Made by a program: the position numbers and the translations under genes. The notes beneath the pieces are model-generated. The model did no database searches and was not told where the DNA came from. It saw only the letters and a list, made by a program, of their open reading frames with translations. Positions 23,998-33,433 of a DNA stretch of 64,000 nt are shown piece by piece. This DNA is from Nitrospina sp. LS_NOB (GTDB taxonomy: Bacteria > Nitrospinota > Nitrospinia > Nitrospinales > VA-1). Position 1 is the first letter of the stretch; each line of letters begins with the position of its first letter. The stretch spans positions 68,499-132,498 of the forward strand of contig LFLA01000024.1 in NCBI GenBank assembly GCA_001542995.1, in the 5' to 3' direction.

Positions 23998-24462
23998 ATG
24001 GCTATTTTTCTTCGTTTTGATTCGTTTGAAAAGATAAAGACCTGTTTCCTGCATTTATCACAAGGCGTGAAAGAGGCAACACGTGAGACCGCTCGCACAT
24101 TAATGCTCCGCGCTGGGCATCTGGCAAAGGCAAGGGTCCGATCCACAACCCGTAAACCCAATATAGGCAAGGGCAATTATTTCCGATCCATTAAATCTGG
24201 TTTTCTGGATGGGGGCGGGTCTTTCACCTCAAAGCTGGAAAGCAACTCGCCCGTGGCGGGAATCATTGAGTTTGGCAGCCGCCCGCATATTATTCGACCC
24301 AAGGGAAATAAACTTTTGTTCTGGCCGGGGGCGAAACATCCCGTAAAAGAAGTCAAACACCCTGGCACTCCAGCATTCCGGGTGCTGGGTGAGGCAACCG
24401 AAGAGGCGGCTGAAGACATCGGAAAGACTTTTGAGTCCGCCCTCAAGCGGAAATTTAATTAA
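23998..24462 (+). CDS. HK97 gp10-like tail-completion protein
   Basis: IEFGSRPHIIRPK..K.L....KEVKHPGT motif. Confidence 0.75.
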   Translation: MAIFLRFDSFEKIKTCFLHLSQGVKEATRETARTLMLRAGHLAKARVRSTTRKPNIGKGNYFRSIKSGFLDGGGSFTSKLESNSPVAGIIEFGSRPHIIRPKGNKLLFWPGAKHPVKEVKHPGTPAFRVLGEATEEAAEDIGKTFESALKRKFN

Positions 24463-24493
24463 GAGAGACCTGAATAATTAAAGGAGAGATTCG

Positions 24494-24970
24494 GTGACCG
24501 ATTATACCGTTCTTGGCAATGCCATTAAAACCACCCTGGAAAACGACGCGTGGACAGGCAATTCCGCCAATGTGAAAACCCTTGAAACTCATAAACGTGG
24601 ATTTTCCATTCAGGATGAGAAGGACGCGCGGTTTTTTGCCCCGTCCGACCTGCCCGCCATCGCGGTGGTGCCTAACGCAGAGGCCAAACAACAGGAGCCC
24701 GGAGCTACTAACGAGATTCGTGAAACTGTTCCGGCGCAGGTGATCGCCGTGACCCGGCAGAGGGACGCCCAATTCGGGTTGGCGGCTCATCATACCCTGG
24801 TGGCGAATATAGAAAGAGTGTTGGATAAACAAAAAAGTTCCAATGACGATCTGGGCATCGGAGGTTTTGTCCGGGAGGTCAGCACCACCGAAGAACAGTT
24901 TAAAAAGGGAGAATACTATTATTTTATTTCCATCACCACAGCCCAAATTGAATTGACCGTAAACTTTTAA
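24494..24970 (+). CDS. Putative tail terminator
   Basis: Position before the tail tube gene; LPAIAV motif; alpha/beta pattern. Confidence 0.55.
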   Translation: MTDYTVLGNAIKTTLENDAWTGNSANVKTLETHKRGFSIQDEKDARFFAPSDLPAIAVVPNAEAKQQEPGATNEIRETVPAQVIAVTRQRDAQFGLAAHHTLVANIERVLDKQKSSNDDLGIGGFVREVSTTEEQFKKGEYYYFISITTAQIELTVNF

Positions 24971-25056
24971 CGATTCATCAATAATTCAAGTTATTAGAAA
25001 CTCCATTAATTAATCATAACATCAATAGCAGGAGCAATAGACTCTGAGGATATTTT

Positions 25057-26100
25057 ATGACGACGAAACGTATCACTACAGGATGGCGTGGATTTTCCAC
25101 TGCCAAAGAAGTTAGCTACGGAACCCCGACAGGAATTTCCACCGCTTTCAATTTTGAAGGCCCCATCACCGATGTGCAACCGAATGAGGTTCAGACGGAT
25201 GAAAACGAGACCACCGGACTCAATGAGCCGTCGATTCAGGAAGTTTTGAACTGGAAACTGGATGGCACCCATCAACAGCGTGCCATGCCACATAACATGG
25301 CTTATTTTCTCGCACTGGTTATGGGAAAAGTAACCACCGACCAGCCGGATGATGTCAACGATCCCACTGTTTATCGGCATTTCATGGAGCGCGACCTGGC
25401 CAATATTACCCTGCCCTCTGTGACCTTGGTGGAATATGACGGAATCGCCAACAAGCGTTTTACCGGATTGTTCGGCAAATCCGTCAAAATCAGCGGGTCG
25501 AGGGGCGACTTTGTCAAACTTGAGGCGCAGTTTGGCGGCATGGGCAAAGAAGAACCCAATGCCGACTCCAAACCCACCGTGATTGGGGAATCTTATTTAA
25601 GATATGGGGACGTCAATTTCAATCGAGGCGGTTCTCTTTCAGGCTCGGTTGCGGGAGGAGATCTTGCGGTTGTTGGTTCGCCGACATCATTCAAAGCAGA
25701 TTTGCTTTCCTTTGACTGGACAATGGATAACCAAGTAAAAACCTTTTACGAAATGGGCGACAGTTCCGGATATGTAACGAGAGCAGAACGCGGCGACCGG
25801 TTCCAGCAAACTTTAAACGCGACTCTGGAAATGCAGGACGATAGCCACAAGTCCGGGCTGGTCAACGGTACCGAATATGTGTTTCACATTCCCGTTACCG
25901 GAGCGGTGATCGCAGGGGGATCCGGTTCGTTCAATTATTCCTGTGATCTTATTTTTCCCAAGGTTGTTTATAAAGAAGCCAAAAAGGATCGGGATGGAGA
26001 AGTGCTGACGGTGAACGCCGAGTTTCAGGTGCTGGAAGACACGACCTACGGGTCGGTGATCGTAAAAGTAATCAATGAGCAAACAGGGTACTTGCTTTGA
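25057..26100 (+). CDS. Major tail tube protein
   Basis: 347 aa; KEVSYGTP N-terminus, beta-rich, immediately before the chaperone genes. Confidence 0.75.
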   Translation: MTTKRITTGWRGFSTAKEVSYGTPTGISTAFNFEGPITDVQPNEVQTDENETTGLNEPSIQEVLNWKLDGTHQQRAMPHNMAYFLALVMGKVTTDQPDDVNDPTVYRHFMERDLANITLPSVTLVEYDGIANKRFTGLFGKSVKISGSRGDFVKLEAQFGGMGKEEPNADSKPTVIGESYLRYGDVNFNRGGSLSGSVAGGDLAVVGSPTSFKADLLSFDWTMDNQVKTFYEMGDSSGYVTRAERGDRFQQTLNATLEMQDDSHKSGLVNGTEYVFHIPVTGAVIAGGSGSFNYSCDLIFPKVVYKEAKKDRDGEVLTVNAEFQVLEDTTYGSVIVKVINEQTGYLL

Positions 26101-26184
26101 TTCAGCATTTACTAATTGTCACCCTGGGTTTATCGAAGGGTACATCCTTCGACAGACTCTGGATGACCCAAAATGGAGGTTTGA

Positions 26185-26574
26185 ATGGCAATCAATATAA
26201 ATCCGGGAGTTATAAAAGTTGAAATTCCTTATTGCGGGGCGACCGTTGTTCTGGTTTTGCGGGATTATACGACCGAAGAGTATTGCCAGTTCCAGAAAAA
26301 CCGGTTTAAGTTTGTTTCTCCCGGCAATGTCGATGACCACTCCTCGCAGGCGCGCATCGAGTTCATCGAAACAATTTTAATGGATATAAAAGTTAAAACC
26401 AAAGAGGGCGAAGAAGAGGTTGTTTTTACCGACCCTGCTACAGGCGAGGAAAAACCTTTGACTCCTTCGATTCCAAACTGGAAAAAGTATGTCCAGGCCT
26501 CATTCAAATGCGCCGCGGCCATGGTGTTTGAGGGAACCTCCGCCAACTTGGAACACGCCACGCTAAAAAACTGA
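26185..26574 (+). CDS. Tail assembly chaperone (gpG-like)
   Basis: Lies between the tube and tape-measure genes; ends in the slippery heptamer A-AAA-AAC just before TGA. Confidence 0.75.
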   Translation: MAININPGVIKVEIPYCGATVVLVLRDYTTEEYCQFQKNRFKFVSPGNVDDHSSQARIEFIETILMDIKVKTKEGEEEVVFTDPATGEEKPLTPSIPNWKKYVQASFKCAAAMVFEGTSANLEHATLKN

Positions 26575-26894
26575 TCACCTACTTCCAGGACGATGTGCCG
26601 GGACTGGAAGTAGAGTACCAGAATTTTCTAAAACGGGTTCACGAGGAAACGGATGACCCGCAATGGAATATCGAAAATCACCCGGCACGAAAAATTCTCA
26701 ACCGCTACTCTGAAGGGTTCGGCAAATGGGTGGGGTATCTGGAAAACCTTCTGTTGTTAAAAAAGGGTGGCTATCCTTTTGAGAAGAATGATCTGGGTAT
26801 TACTGAATGGAAAGCCCTGGCCCTGCTGGAACTCCTCGGCGGAGGGCCAATGAACAACCGGTCAGCGACCGGTGACGATAAATTGTACAAATAG
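26565..26894 (+). CDS. gpGT-like extension reached by -1 frameshift
   Basis: The -1 frame from 26565 reads K-K-L-I-T-Y-F-Q-D-D straight into the ORF 26595-26894. Confidence 0.7.
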   Translation, partial: KKLITYFQDDVPGLEVEYQNFLKRVHEETDDPQWNIENHPARKILNRYSEGFGKWVGYLENLLLLKKGGYPFEKNDLGITEWKALALLELLGGGPMNNRSATGDDKLYK

Positions 26895-27187
26895 ATAGCT
26901 TCCTCCTGATAAGGGGGATTTCAATGGACCCCTCTTTCTTAAAGTACCCGTGCCGGGCACGAGGGCTTTGGAACAATATCACGAGGGGCTGGGGTGATTT
27001 ACCCTCCTCCTTGACGGGCCTCCTCTTTCTCTTTCACCTTAAGGGTGAGAGGGAAGGGGGGATTACCTTCTTATCACTGATTTCTTTTCCGCATTCTTGG
27101 CAGGGGATCAGAGCCATGGCTGTTTCTCCATATTGGTTTACGGGTTTTAGCATAGCTGATTAACAGTTTTAACGAATCTCTTTTTCA

Positions 27188-27300
27188 GGAATTTAATTAT
27201 GGCCAGTCCAGTTAACGTAAGCGCAAAAATAACAGTTGGGTTTGAAGATCAGTTCAGCGGGCAAGCCTGTCAGGCATTTGAAACCTGTGCATGTCTATAG
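27188..27300 (+). pseudogene. Duplicated 5' end of the tape-measure gene (33-codon stub)
   Basis: 27188-27283 closely matches 27661-27756 (MASPVNVSAKITVGFEDQFSG/AQACQAFE), then stops at 27298-27300. Confidence 0.8.
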
Positions 27301-27319
27301 GAAATAGGGGCAGGATGAA

Positions 27320-27541
27320 CTATAAGCCGAATATGCGAGTTCCCACCCAATAAAGTCCTAAGGCGGAAACAAAAGAGATGGATAAAAAGATAATTAATGA
27401 AGATAATACTTTTAGAATCTTTTCTGACCCGGTCATTTCAGAAAAACTTTTTTTTATGCGAATAGGTACGCCGCAATGCGGACAGGTTGATGCCTTGTCG
27501 CTGATTTGTTTGTCACATTCCGGACAGGGGAACAGGGCCAT
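27320..27541 (-). CDS. Double zinc-ribbon membrane protein (moron-like)
   Basis: CPEC...CPHC plus a C-terminal TM helix; AT-rich and antisense to the cluster. Confidence 0.75.
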   Translation of the reverse strand: MALFPCPECDKQISDKASTCPHCGVPIRIKKSFSEMTGSEKILKVLSSLIIFLSISFVSALGLYWVGTRIFGL

Positions 27542-27671
27542 TTGTTAGAACCTTCTTTCAGGTGCGGAAGAGTATTTTAGCGGTAACATTTATTGCTTCT
27601 TTATAAATCAAGTGCAGTTATTCTAACATTAAATTTGCTATAGCAATTTTATTCTTTAAGGGAATTTAAAT

Positions 27672-28790
27672 ATGGCCAGTCCGGTTAATGTAAGTGCAAA
27701 AATAACAGTCGGGTTTGAAGACCAGTTCAGCGCGCAAGCCTGTCAGGCATTTGAAATCGTAAAAAAATGCGCTGAGGACGCCTTTCAAGTAATGGACTCG
27801 TTCCCCAAAGCATTGGCACCCGGTGGTTTTCAGGATGATGTTGAATTATTTTCGCAATCGGTGGAAAAACTCGAGAGTTCCATAAACCGCATGAATGAGA
27901 GCCTGATAAAGTCACAGGAAGAGGCCACCCGGTTTGGTGAGTCTTTGGAAAACCCCAGCAAGTTTGTGGCTGACTTTTGGGAAAGCTTGAAACAAGGGAA
28001 TACTTTTGCGGTCACTACCGCCATAGCTGGCTTGACTGTTGGGTTAGCTGGCTTAGCAACATTAAACGCTCCATTAGCTGGACTTGGTGCGGTTATTTTA
28101 GGTGTAGGTTTAAACGCTGCATTTTTGGCGTCACTTTTGAATGATGTCGAGGAATCACTGAAAGCGTTGGAGGCTCAAAAACTAATTGAACCTAAAATCA
28201 CCGAAGATTCGATCTTTCAACTGGAAAGATTTTCTTCTGCGCTTGAGCCGTTAAGAAATCCGCCGGACTTCCAGCTCAAAGTTGATTTGCTGGATAACGC
28301 CACGGGAAGTGGCGCAAAAATTCGCCAGCAACTGGAAGAAATGTTTAAGTCTCCCATCACCCAGACGATCGTCACCGAACGTGTGGATGCTGTTTTAAAT
28401 TTTTCAAAATCGCCTGGGCGGTCCTCGTCCGATCCATTCAACTCCTTTTTTGATGATGGATTGCCGGAATTTCTGACATCGAGCCCGGACCTGACTGGGT
28501 TTAACAAGTCGGTGGGATTCTCCCCGGCTAAACCCGCTCTTCCCAGTTTTGCCAGCGGCATCGACCGGGTTCCACGGGACATGCCGGCCCTTATCCATAA
28601 GGATGAAGCGGTTCTCCCCAAAACCCAGGCAGAAGATTTTCGCCGTGGCGGCTCCAGCGGGATGAGCATTGAAAACCTTAATTTCAGCTTCAATGTCGCC
28701 AACGGCGCCAAGCTCGACCGGGAGGAGTTTCGCAATATGGCTTTTATGATGCGTGATGAACTCAAACGCCTCGACCGCCGAATCGATTAG
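27672..28790 (+). CDS. Short tape measure-like protein
   Basis: Helical N-half with a hydrophobic A/G/L-rich stretch; C-terminal FASGIDRVPRDMPALIHKDEAVLP motif typical of tape-measure C-termini. Confidence 0.8.
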   Translation: MASPVNVSAKITVGFEDQFSAQACQAFEIVKKCAEDAFQVMDSFPKALAPGGFQDDVELFSQSVEKLESSINRMNESLIKSQEEATRFGESLENPSKFVADFWESLKQGNTFAVTTAIAGLTVGLAGLATLNAPLAGLGAVILGVGLNAAFLASLLNDVEESLKALEAQKLIEPKITEDSIFQLERFSSALEPLRNPPDFQLKVDLLDNATGSGAKIRQQLEEMFKSPITQTIVTERVDAVLNFSKSPGRSSSDPFNSFFDDGLPEFLTSSPDLTGFNKSVGFSPAKPALPSFASGIDRVPRDMPALIHKDEAVLPKTQAEDFRRGGSSGMSIENLNFSFNVANGAKLDREEFRNMAFMMRDELKRLDRRID

Positions 28791-28998
28791 CCGCTAGGCT
28801 GGGTTGCCATCCTGTGCGTCATCGCGAGCGACTGTAAGAAGCGCGGCGATCCAGGTTTGTGATATTCCCTCATTAGCCTTCATGCCCTGCAAGGGTATTT
28901 TTGGATTGCGCTGTCGCCTTTGGCTCCTCGCAATGACGACCGGGCCATGGTTTTTTATTGGAAGAAGTTTTTTTATATAGTGATTTGGAGAATGTTTT

Positions 28999-29379
28999 AT
29001 GAGTTTTGGTTTTTATTATCCGACAAAGTCCGCACCGACGGCGCAATGGGTGCCTGTTACACAGCCGGAGTACCCGGCGGGGGAGGTCCTGGATTATCCT
29101 GAACAGATCAATTCGGTCACTGCCGGTGGCACGCTTTATGTGCAGGAGAAGGGTGGCCAGCGCCAGACCTTTCAGTTTAATTTTTCCCGAATCAACCAAG
29201 CTGACCGAGACAGCGCCCAAACCTTTTTTGATACCGTTAAAAAATCATTCAAGACCTTTGAATTGGAGGACCAGAATGCAACCCTGCACACCGTACGGTG
29301 GATGAACGGATTAAATTTTCAGCTGGTCCTCTTTGGCAAATATTCCGGGACTATTGATCTCAGGAAAGAACCGGCGTAG
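28999..29379 (+). CDS. Distal tail (Dit-like) protein
   Basis: Follows the tape measure; TAGG..YVQ......F.F...FFDTV...F pattern. Confidence 0.6.
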   Translation: MSFGFYYPTKSAPTAQWVPVTQPEYPAGEVLDYPEQINSVTAGGTLYVQEKGGQRQTFQFNFSRINQADRDSAQTFFDTVKKSFKTFELEDQNATLHTVRWMNGLNFQLVLFGKYSGTIDLRKEPA

Positions 29380-29537
29380 CTGCCGGGGGCAAATTGCAAT
29401 AACTCTTTCAGGCGAGCAAAAAGTTGTCTGGGCCTGAGAAATCTTTGCCCAATCACCACCGGGCGTTGCCTGGCCAGCGTCACGCTGGTCACGCCGAGTG
29501 GGTGGAGGTTTTCCGTAAATAAATAAAGGAGATAAAT

Positions 29538-29855
29538 ATGATTGATTGGAGCCAGTGCCGGCCTGAGGATTTCAACCTTGTGGTGGATGGCGAGGAAATT
29601 CAGCAGGTGGGGCAGACACAATTGTTCCCGATCCGGGTCTTTTATAAAGGGGATACTTTTGTTTTCCGGAAATCGGTTCCCCTTCGAGCTGAATTTTATG
29701 CCCAGTTGAGAGAGAGGGAGGATTGGAAAGAACGGTTGATGGAAATTCTGAAAAATCGGGTGCGGGGGGAGATTGATGAAAGGATTCACTCAAGCCAGAT
29801 AGGCATTGACGACAAACTGGAGTTGATGGCTATGAGCAAGGACCCGATTGGATGA
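29538..29855 (+). CDS. Hypothetical protein
   Basis: 105-aa ORF with an AGGAG RBS; no family recognised. Confidence 0.65.
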   Translation: MIDWSQCRPEDFNLVVDGEEIQQVGQTQLFPIRVFYKGDTFVFRKSVPLRAEFYAQLREREDWKERLMEILKNRVRGEIDERIHSSQIGIDDKLELMAMSKDPIG

Positions 29856-29935
29856 AAAGGCAACCCCCTAAATCCCCCTTGTCAGTGGGACTTGCAGCCA
29901 AACTTTTTTATTAACATTTACTTTTCTGACTCGTC

Positions 29936-32827
29936 ATGCGAACCGATTTTACATCCGGATTTAACACTTCGAGAAATAGCAAGACCAATGCGCCGGTCAA
30001 TTTATTACAAATTGACTGGCCTGCCATGAATGGTTTGCCGGCGTTAACGTTAAGGCTGACCGATCGGGAAGGGATCACGATCAACTCTCTTTATTGGTAT
30101 CCGCTGGTGAATGATATGGGAAACCTTGACCGACTGGTATCTCCCGATCAAACCGATAGCAATTCTTACCCCAACCTCACGGTGAACGTGGTGAATGCGC
30201 CGGTGGACTTGTTCAGTCCGGTGGCCCGATTCTCAAACTTGTTTCGCCATCGTCCCCCTGAATCGGCTGTGGTGACTCTTTACCAGTGGTTTGCGGGTGA
30301 CGGGCTGACCGATGCGGATCTTGGCGTCCTTTTTATTGCTCGCATTGGAGACCCGATCCAATATGACGAGGCGATTTGTATTTTTGACCTGGTGGATATA
30401 TCTCAGGGCTATGGTGCCACAGTGATCGGCAATACTCTTACCCTTGCTGATTACCCTAATGCTCCCGAACAATCGGTTGGAAAAATCAGGCCCATCGTTA
30501 TTGGAAATGTCGATGAAGCTCCCGGGACTTTGGTACGGAAATCACAACAAACCCAATTAACTTCGGTGGCGATTCCTGGTGGGACGTTGCTGGATGTTTC
30601 TTCCACCGCTAATTTTCCGGCGTCCGGGACGGTTATCGTCAATGATGATGAAATCAGTTTCACCAGTTTGAACTCCACTCAGTTTTTGGGCTGTTCCGGG
30701 ATCAACGAATTTCATTATAGCGGTGACGCGGTTCTCGAGAAGGTGACAGACCATCGTTATTTGTTCAGCGATCCCGATTATCCTATTAAGGGTATTACTA
30801 ATATCAGGGTTGGGGGCCACCTGGCCGATTCCGGAGAATTTTTGGTAGATGTTGCTGAAGGGGAAGTGGTATTTTCTTCCAAGCCTAAAAAATCTGATTC
30901 CATCGATACCAAATTCTTACAGGCGCAGAACGATGTAGTGGGCGCGGGGAATACTGCTATCAATCCCACCAATGCCAACATTCCCAATAGTCCTACCACT
31001 TACGCTAAAATTAACCAGAGCACCAATGTTCTATCGTTACGGCAAACCGATTCCCTGGCTAATATTGGAACCATTGGTAAAGTACTTTTGCGGGTCGAGC
31101 ATTTTGTTGAGGAGAAACTTCCTAATGACAGTATGACGGCCCATGTTACCGGTGTGGGCCAAGTCGGCGTCTTATCTGCCCCGGCTGTGGACGATGTGGT
31201 GGTCTCAAGCGGGACGACGGATATCACTCATACGCATTTGGATTCGTTTGGGTTTCCCATCAGCGATCCACAACATCAGCATACCGAAGCCCTTCCTCCA
31301 AAGATAACGCAAAGTGCTCTATCCGGGATCGGCGGGCTGACGATCAGCTTAGGGAGCGGACAACAACATATTATTACTTTTCCCGATCCGGGTCCGGGCA
31401 CTTGGGCAACGGGGGAGTATGGAATTGGATTTGAATGGACCGGTACGATTTCTGGTCCGAGCACGGTGGATGTCTATGCGAAAAACAGTGGCGGAAGTCC
31501 TTCTGATGACTACAGAGTGTGGAGACGGCAAGGAACGACGCAGACCTACACCACAGGCGGCAACATCAATACGGACACGAACTCCATTCGTCTCACTCAC
31601 AACGCGACACTTATTACTTTTAAGGTGACTTTTGCCACGCGGGTCGTGACCATGAATGCACCGTTAAGCGTGAGTACGCAAGGGACCAATGTTTCCACCT
31701 CAAAAACGGGTTCCTTAACTCAACATTCTTCCAGCCCGGCGATTAATTCCACGGCTGAAAAAGCCACTCGCAGTGTTGTTGATTTTTTTGATATCACCAG
31801 CCATGTGAACGGGGACTGGAACTGGTTCACCAACCGGGAATCCCAAATTCAATACAATGGTTCCAGTGATGGCCGCACGGCCTTTATCGTTCACCTTGCT
31901 TATGAAATTGAGTATGCCCGGAGGCGAATCCAGTTCACCGATGAGGTCAGCGCTGATATCCAGGGTGTGAAGGATGATTCCAGTGGAACCCTGACCGGGA
32001 TTGCCGACTCCCTTGTTGAAAGACCGGATCATGTTTACAAATGGTCAATTCTCAAAGCGTTAAATTTTGGCAGTTCGGTCCTGGACTCTGCGTCTCTGGA
32101 TCAGGCCGGAGGTTTGTTTTCCAGTTATTATCTGGCCGGGATAATAGTCAATAAGGTTTCAGCCCGCGAACTCTGGAATCAATGGGGCAAGGAAAGCCGT
32201 TCTTTTTTTTATTGGGATTTGGGATTGGCAAAAATTCTGTTTCGTCCATTAAACCTTGTGAACACCAGCACCATCGCGGATAAAATCATTTTGGACAATA
32301 TGGTTTTGTTGGATTCTAAAAACCAGGTTCGGTTTAAATCCACGCGTAATCCTATTGAGGATGTGGTGAATAAAATCGATCTGAGATATCGCAAAAACTG
32401 GTCCGGTGAGGGCTATAAATCGGTGGAAAGCGCCAATGATGTTGAATCGATCAATCAGTTTGGGCAAAAGGAAAAGCCGGCTGATTTTGAGTTCAATTGG
32501 ATTCGGACCGAGGTCCTTGCGGCGGATCTGGCTTTATTTTATTTGCAGGAACGCGGGTTTCCCCGGGATGTTTATGAGATTGAATTGCTGCTGGATAATA
32601 TGGAGATTGAGCGGGGCGATATTCTTGAAGTCAACCCTCCCACGCATGAATTGAAAAATGTCAAAGTCATGGTTTTAGGTGCCGGTAGGTCTATTGGCTC
32701 GGGAATCGCCCAACGTATGGATACGGTTCCTGTAATTGCCCGGCAAATGCGCGGACTTGTCGGCAATGCGGGATTTGGGCTGCAGGGTTTTGGGGACTCG
32801 GGTTTTGGCGGCGCGGAAATAAATTAA
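29936..32827 (+). CDS. Baseplate hub/tail-tip protein with internal variable region
   Basis: 963 aa; hub-like N-part (RPIVIGNV), T/S/G-rich internal region, C-terminal INQFG..EF.WIR...A..LA...L tail motif. Confidence 0.75.
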   Translation: MRTDFTSGFNTSRNSKTNAPVNLLQIDWPAMNGLPALTLRLTDREGITINSLYWYPLVNDMGNLDRLVSPDQTDSNSYPNLTVNVVNAPVDLFSPVARFSNLFRHRPPESAVVTLYQWFAGDGLTDADLGVLFIARIGDPIQYDEAICIFDLVDISQGYGATVIGNTLTLADYPNAPEQSVGKIRPIVIGNVDEAPGTLVRKSQQTQLTSVAIPGGTLLDVSSTANFPASGTVIVNDDEISFTSLNSTQFLGCSGINEFHYSGDAVLEKVTDHRYLFSDPDYPIKGITNIRVGGHLADSGEFLVDVAEGEVVFSSKPKKSDSIDTKFLQAQNDVVGAGNTAINPTNANIPNSPTTYAKINQSTNVLSLRQTDSLANIGTIGKVLLRVEHFVEEKLPNDSMTAHVTGVGQVGVLSAPAVDDVVVSSGTTDITHTHLDSFGFPISDPQHQHTEALPPKITQSALSGIGGLTISLGSGQQHIITFPDPGPGTWATGEYGIGFEWTGTISGPSTVDVYAKNSGGSPSDDYRVWRRQGTTQTYTTGGNINTDTNSIRLTHNATLITFKVTFATRVVTMNAPLSVSTQGTNVSTSKTGSLTQHSSSPAINSTAEKATRSVVDFFDITSHVNGDWNWFTNRESQIQYNGSSDGRTAFIVHLAYEIEYARRRIQFTDEVSADIQGVKDDSSGTLTGIADSLVERPDHVYKWSILKALNFGSSVLDSASLDQAGGLFSSYYLAGIIVNKVSARELWNQWGKESRSFFYWDLGLAKILFRPLNLVNTSTIADKIILDNMVLLDSKNQVRFKSTRNPIEDVVNKIDLRYRKNWSGEGYKSVESANDVESINQFGQKEKPADFEFNWIRTEVLAADLALFYLQERGFPRDVYEIELLLDNMEIERGDILEVNPPTHELKNVKVMVLGAGRSIGSGIAQRMDTVPVIARQMRGLVGNAGFGLQGFGDSGFGGAEIN

Positions 32828-32874
32828 AGAATTTTGATTCATACCGGCCGGGGGTTCGGCCTTGGATTTAAATT

Positions 32875-33351
32875 TTGGAAAGGAGTTTTATGGCTAATAC
32901 TTTTACAATGAACCTGAATCTTGCAATTCCCTCCGCCGGAGATTTAAATTGGGAAAATGAGTATTCCGACTTTTCCGAGGCGGTGGATGATCTTGGGAAT
33001 TTGTTTTGTTTTACCGTTCCCGTTCTCGATTCGGCTGCCAATGGAATGGTATTTTTTGATGGATTTATTCCAGCGGAAAATATTACGGTAAAGGCTATAG
33101 GCCTTTTTGCGCAAATCGCTCCCACCGGCCAGGATATGAAGGTCGATGTTTTGAAAAATGGAACGGCCCAGACCAACCCCGGAACCTTAACGGACGGAAG
33201 CCAGTTTGGGAAAACGGTTTTAGGTTCTTCAATTGGGTTTTTGGTGTCCGACCGGCTGGGTTTAAAATTTACTCAAGTCGGATCGGTTGTCGCAGGGGAT
33301 AAGATTGTGGTGACCATTTATTACCAGAAAGAAGCAATACCCGGCCCTTAA
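32875..33351 (+). CDS. Putative tail-associated structural protein
   Basis: 158-aa beta-rich last gene of the cluster (APTGQD..VDVLKNG..DRLG). Confidence 0.6.
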   Translation: MERSFMANTFTMNLNLAIPSAGDLNWENEYSDFSEAVDDLGNLFCFTVPVLDSAANGMVFFDGFIPAENITVKAIGLFAQIAPTGQDMKVDVLKNGTAQTNPGTLTDGSQFGKTVLGSSIGFLVSDRLGLKFTQVGSVVAGDKIVVTIYYQKEAIPGP

Positions 33352-33433
33352 AAAAGTGAGCACCTCCGCGCCTCTATTATGGCTTACCGAGGCGGAAATT
33401 GTAAAATCAAATTGTCTGGATTGTGGAAGGAGT

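Larger units (their letters stand above)
15515..33351 (+). mobile_element. Phage-derived head-tail morphogenesis cluster (candidate GTA or domesticated prophage)
   Basis: About 22 co-oriented ORFs from a holin-like gene to tail proteins; no integrase, att repeats, replication genes or endolysin seen. Confidence 0.85.

Noticed and set aside
23387-33351. Tailocin, eCIS or T6SS
   Set aside because: Terminase, portal, protease and capsid genes are present; no sheath or baseplate-wedge genes recognised.
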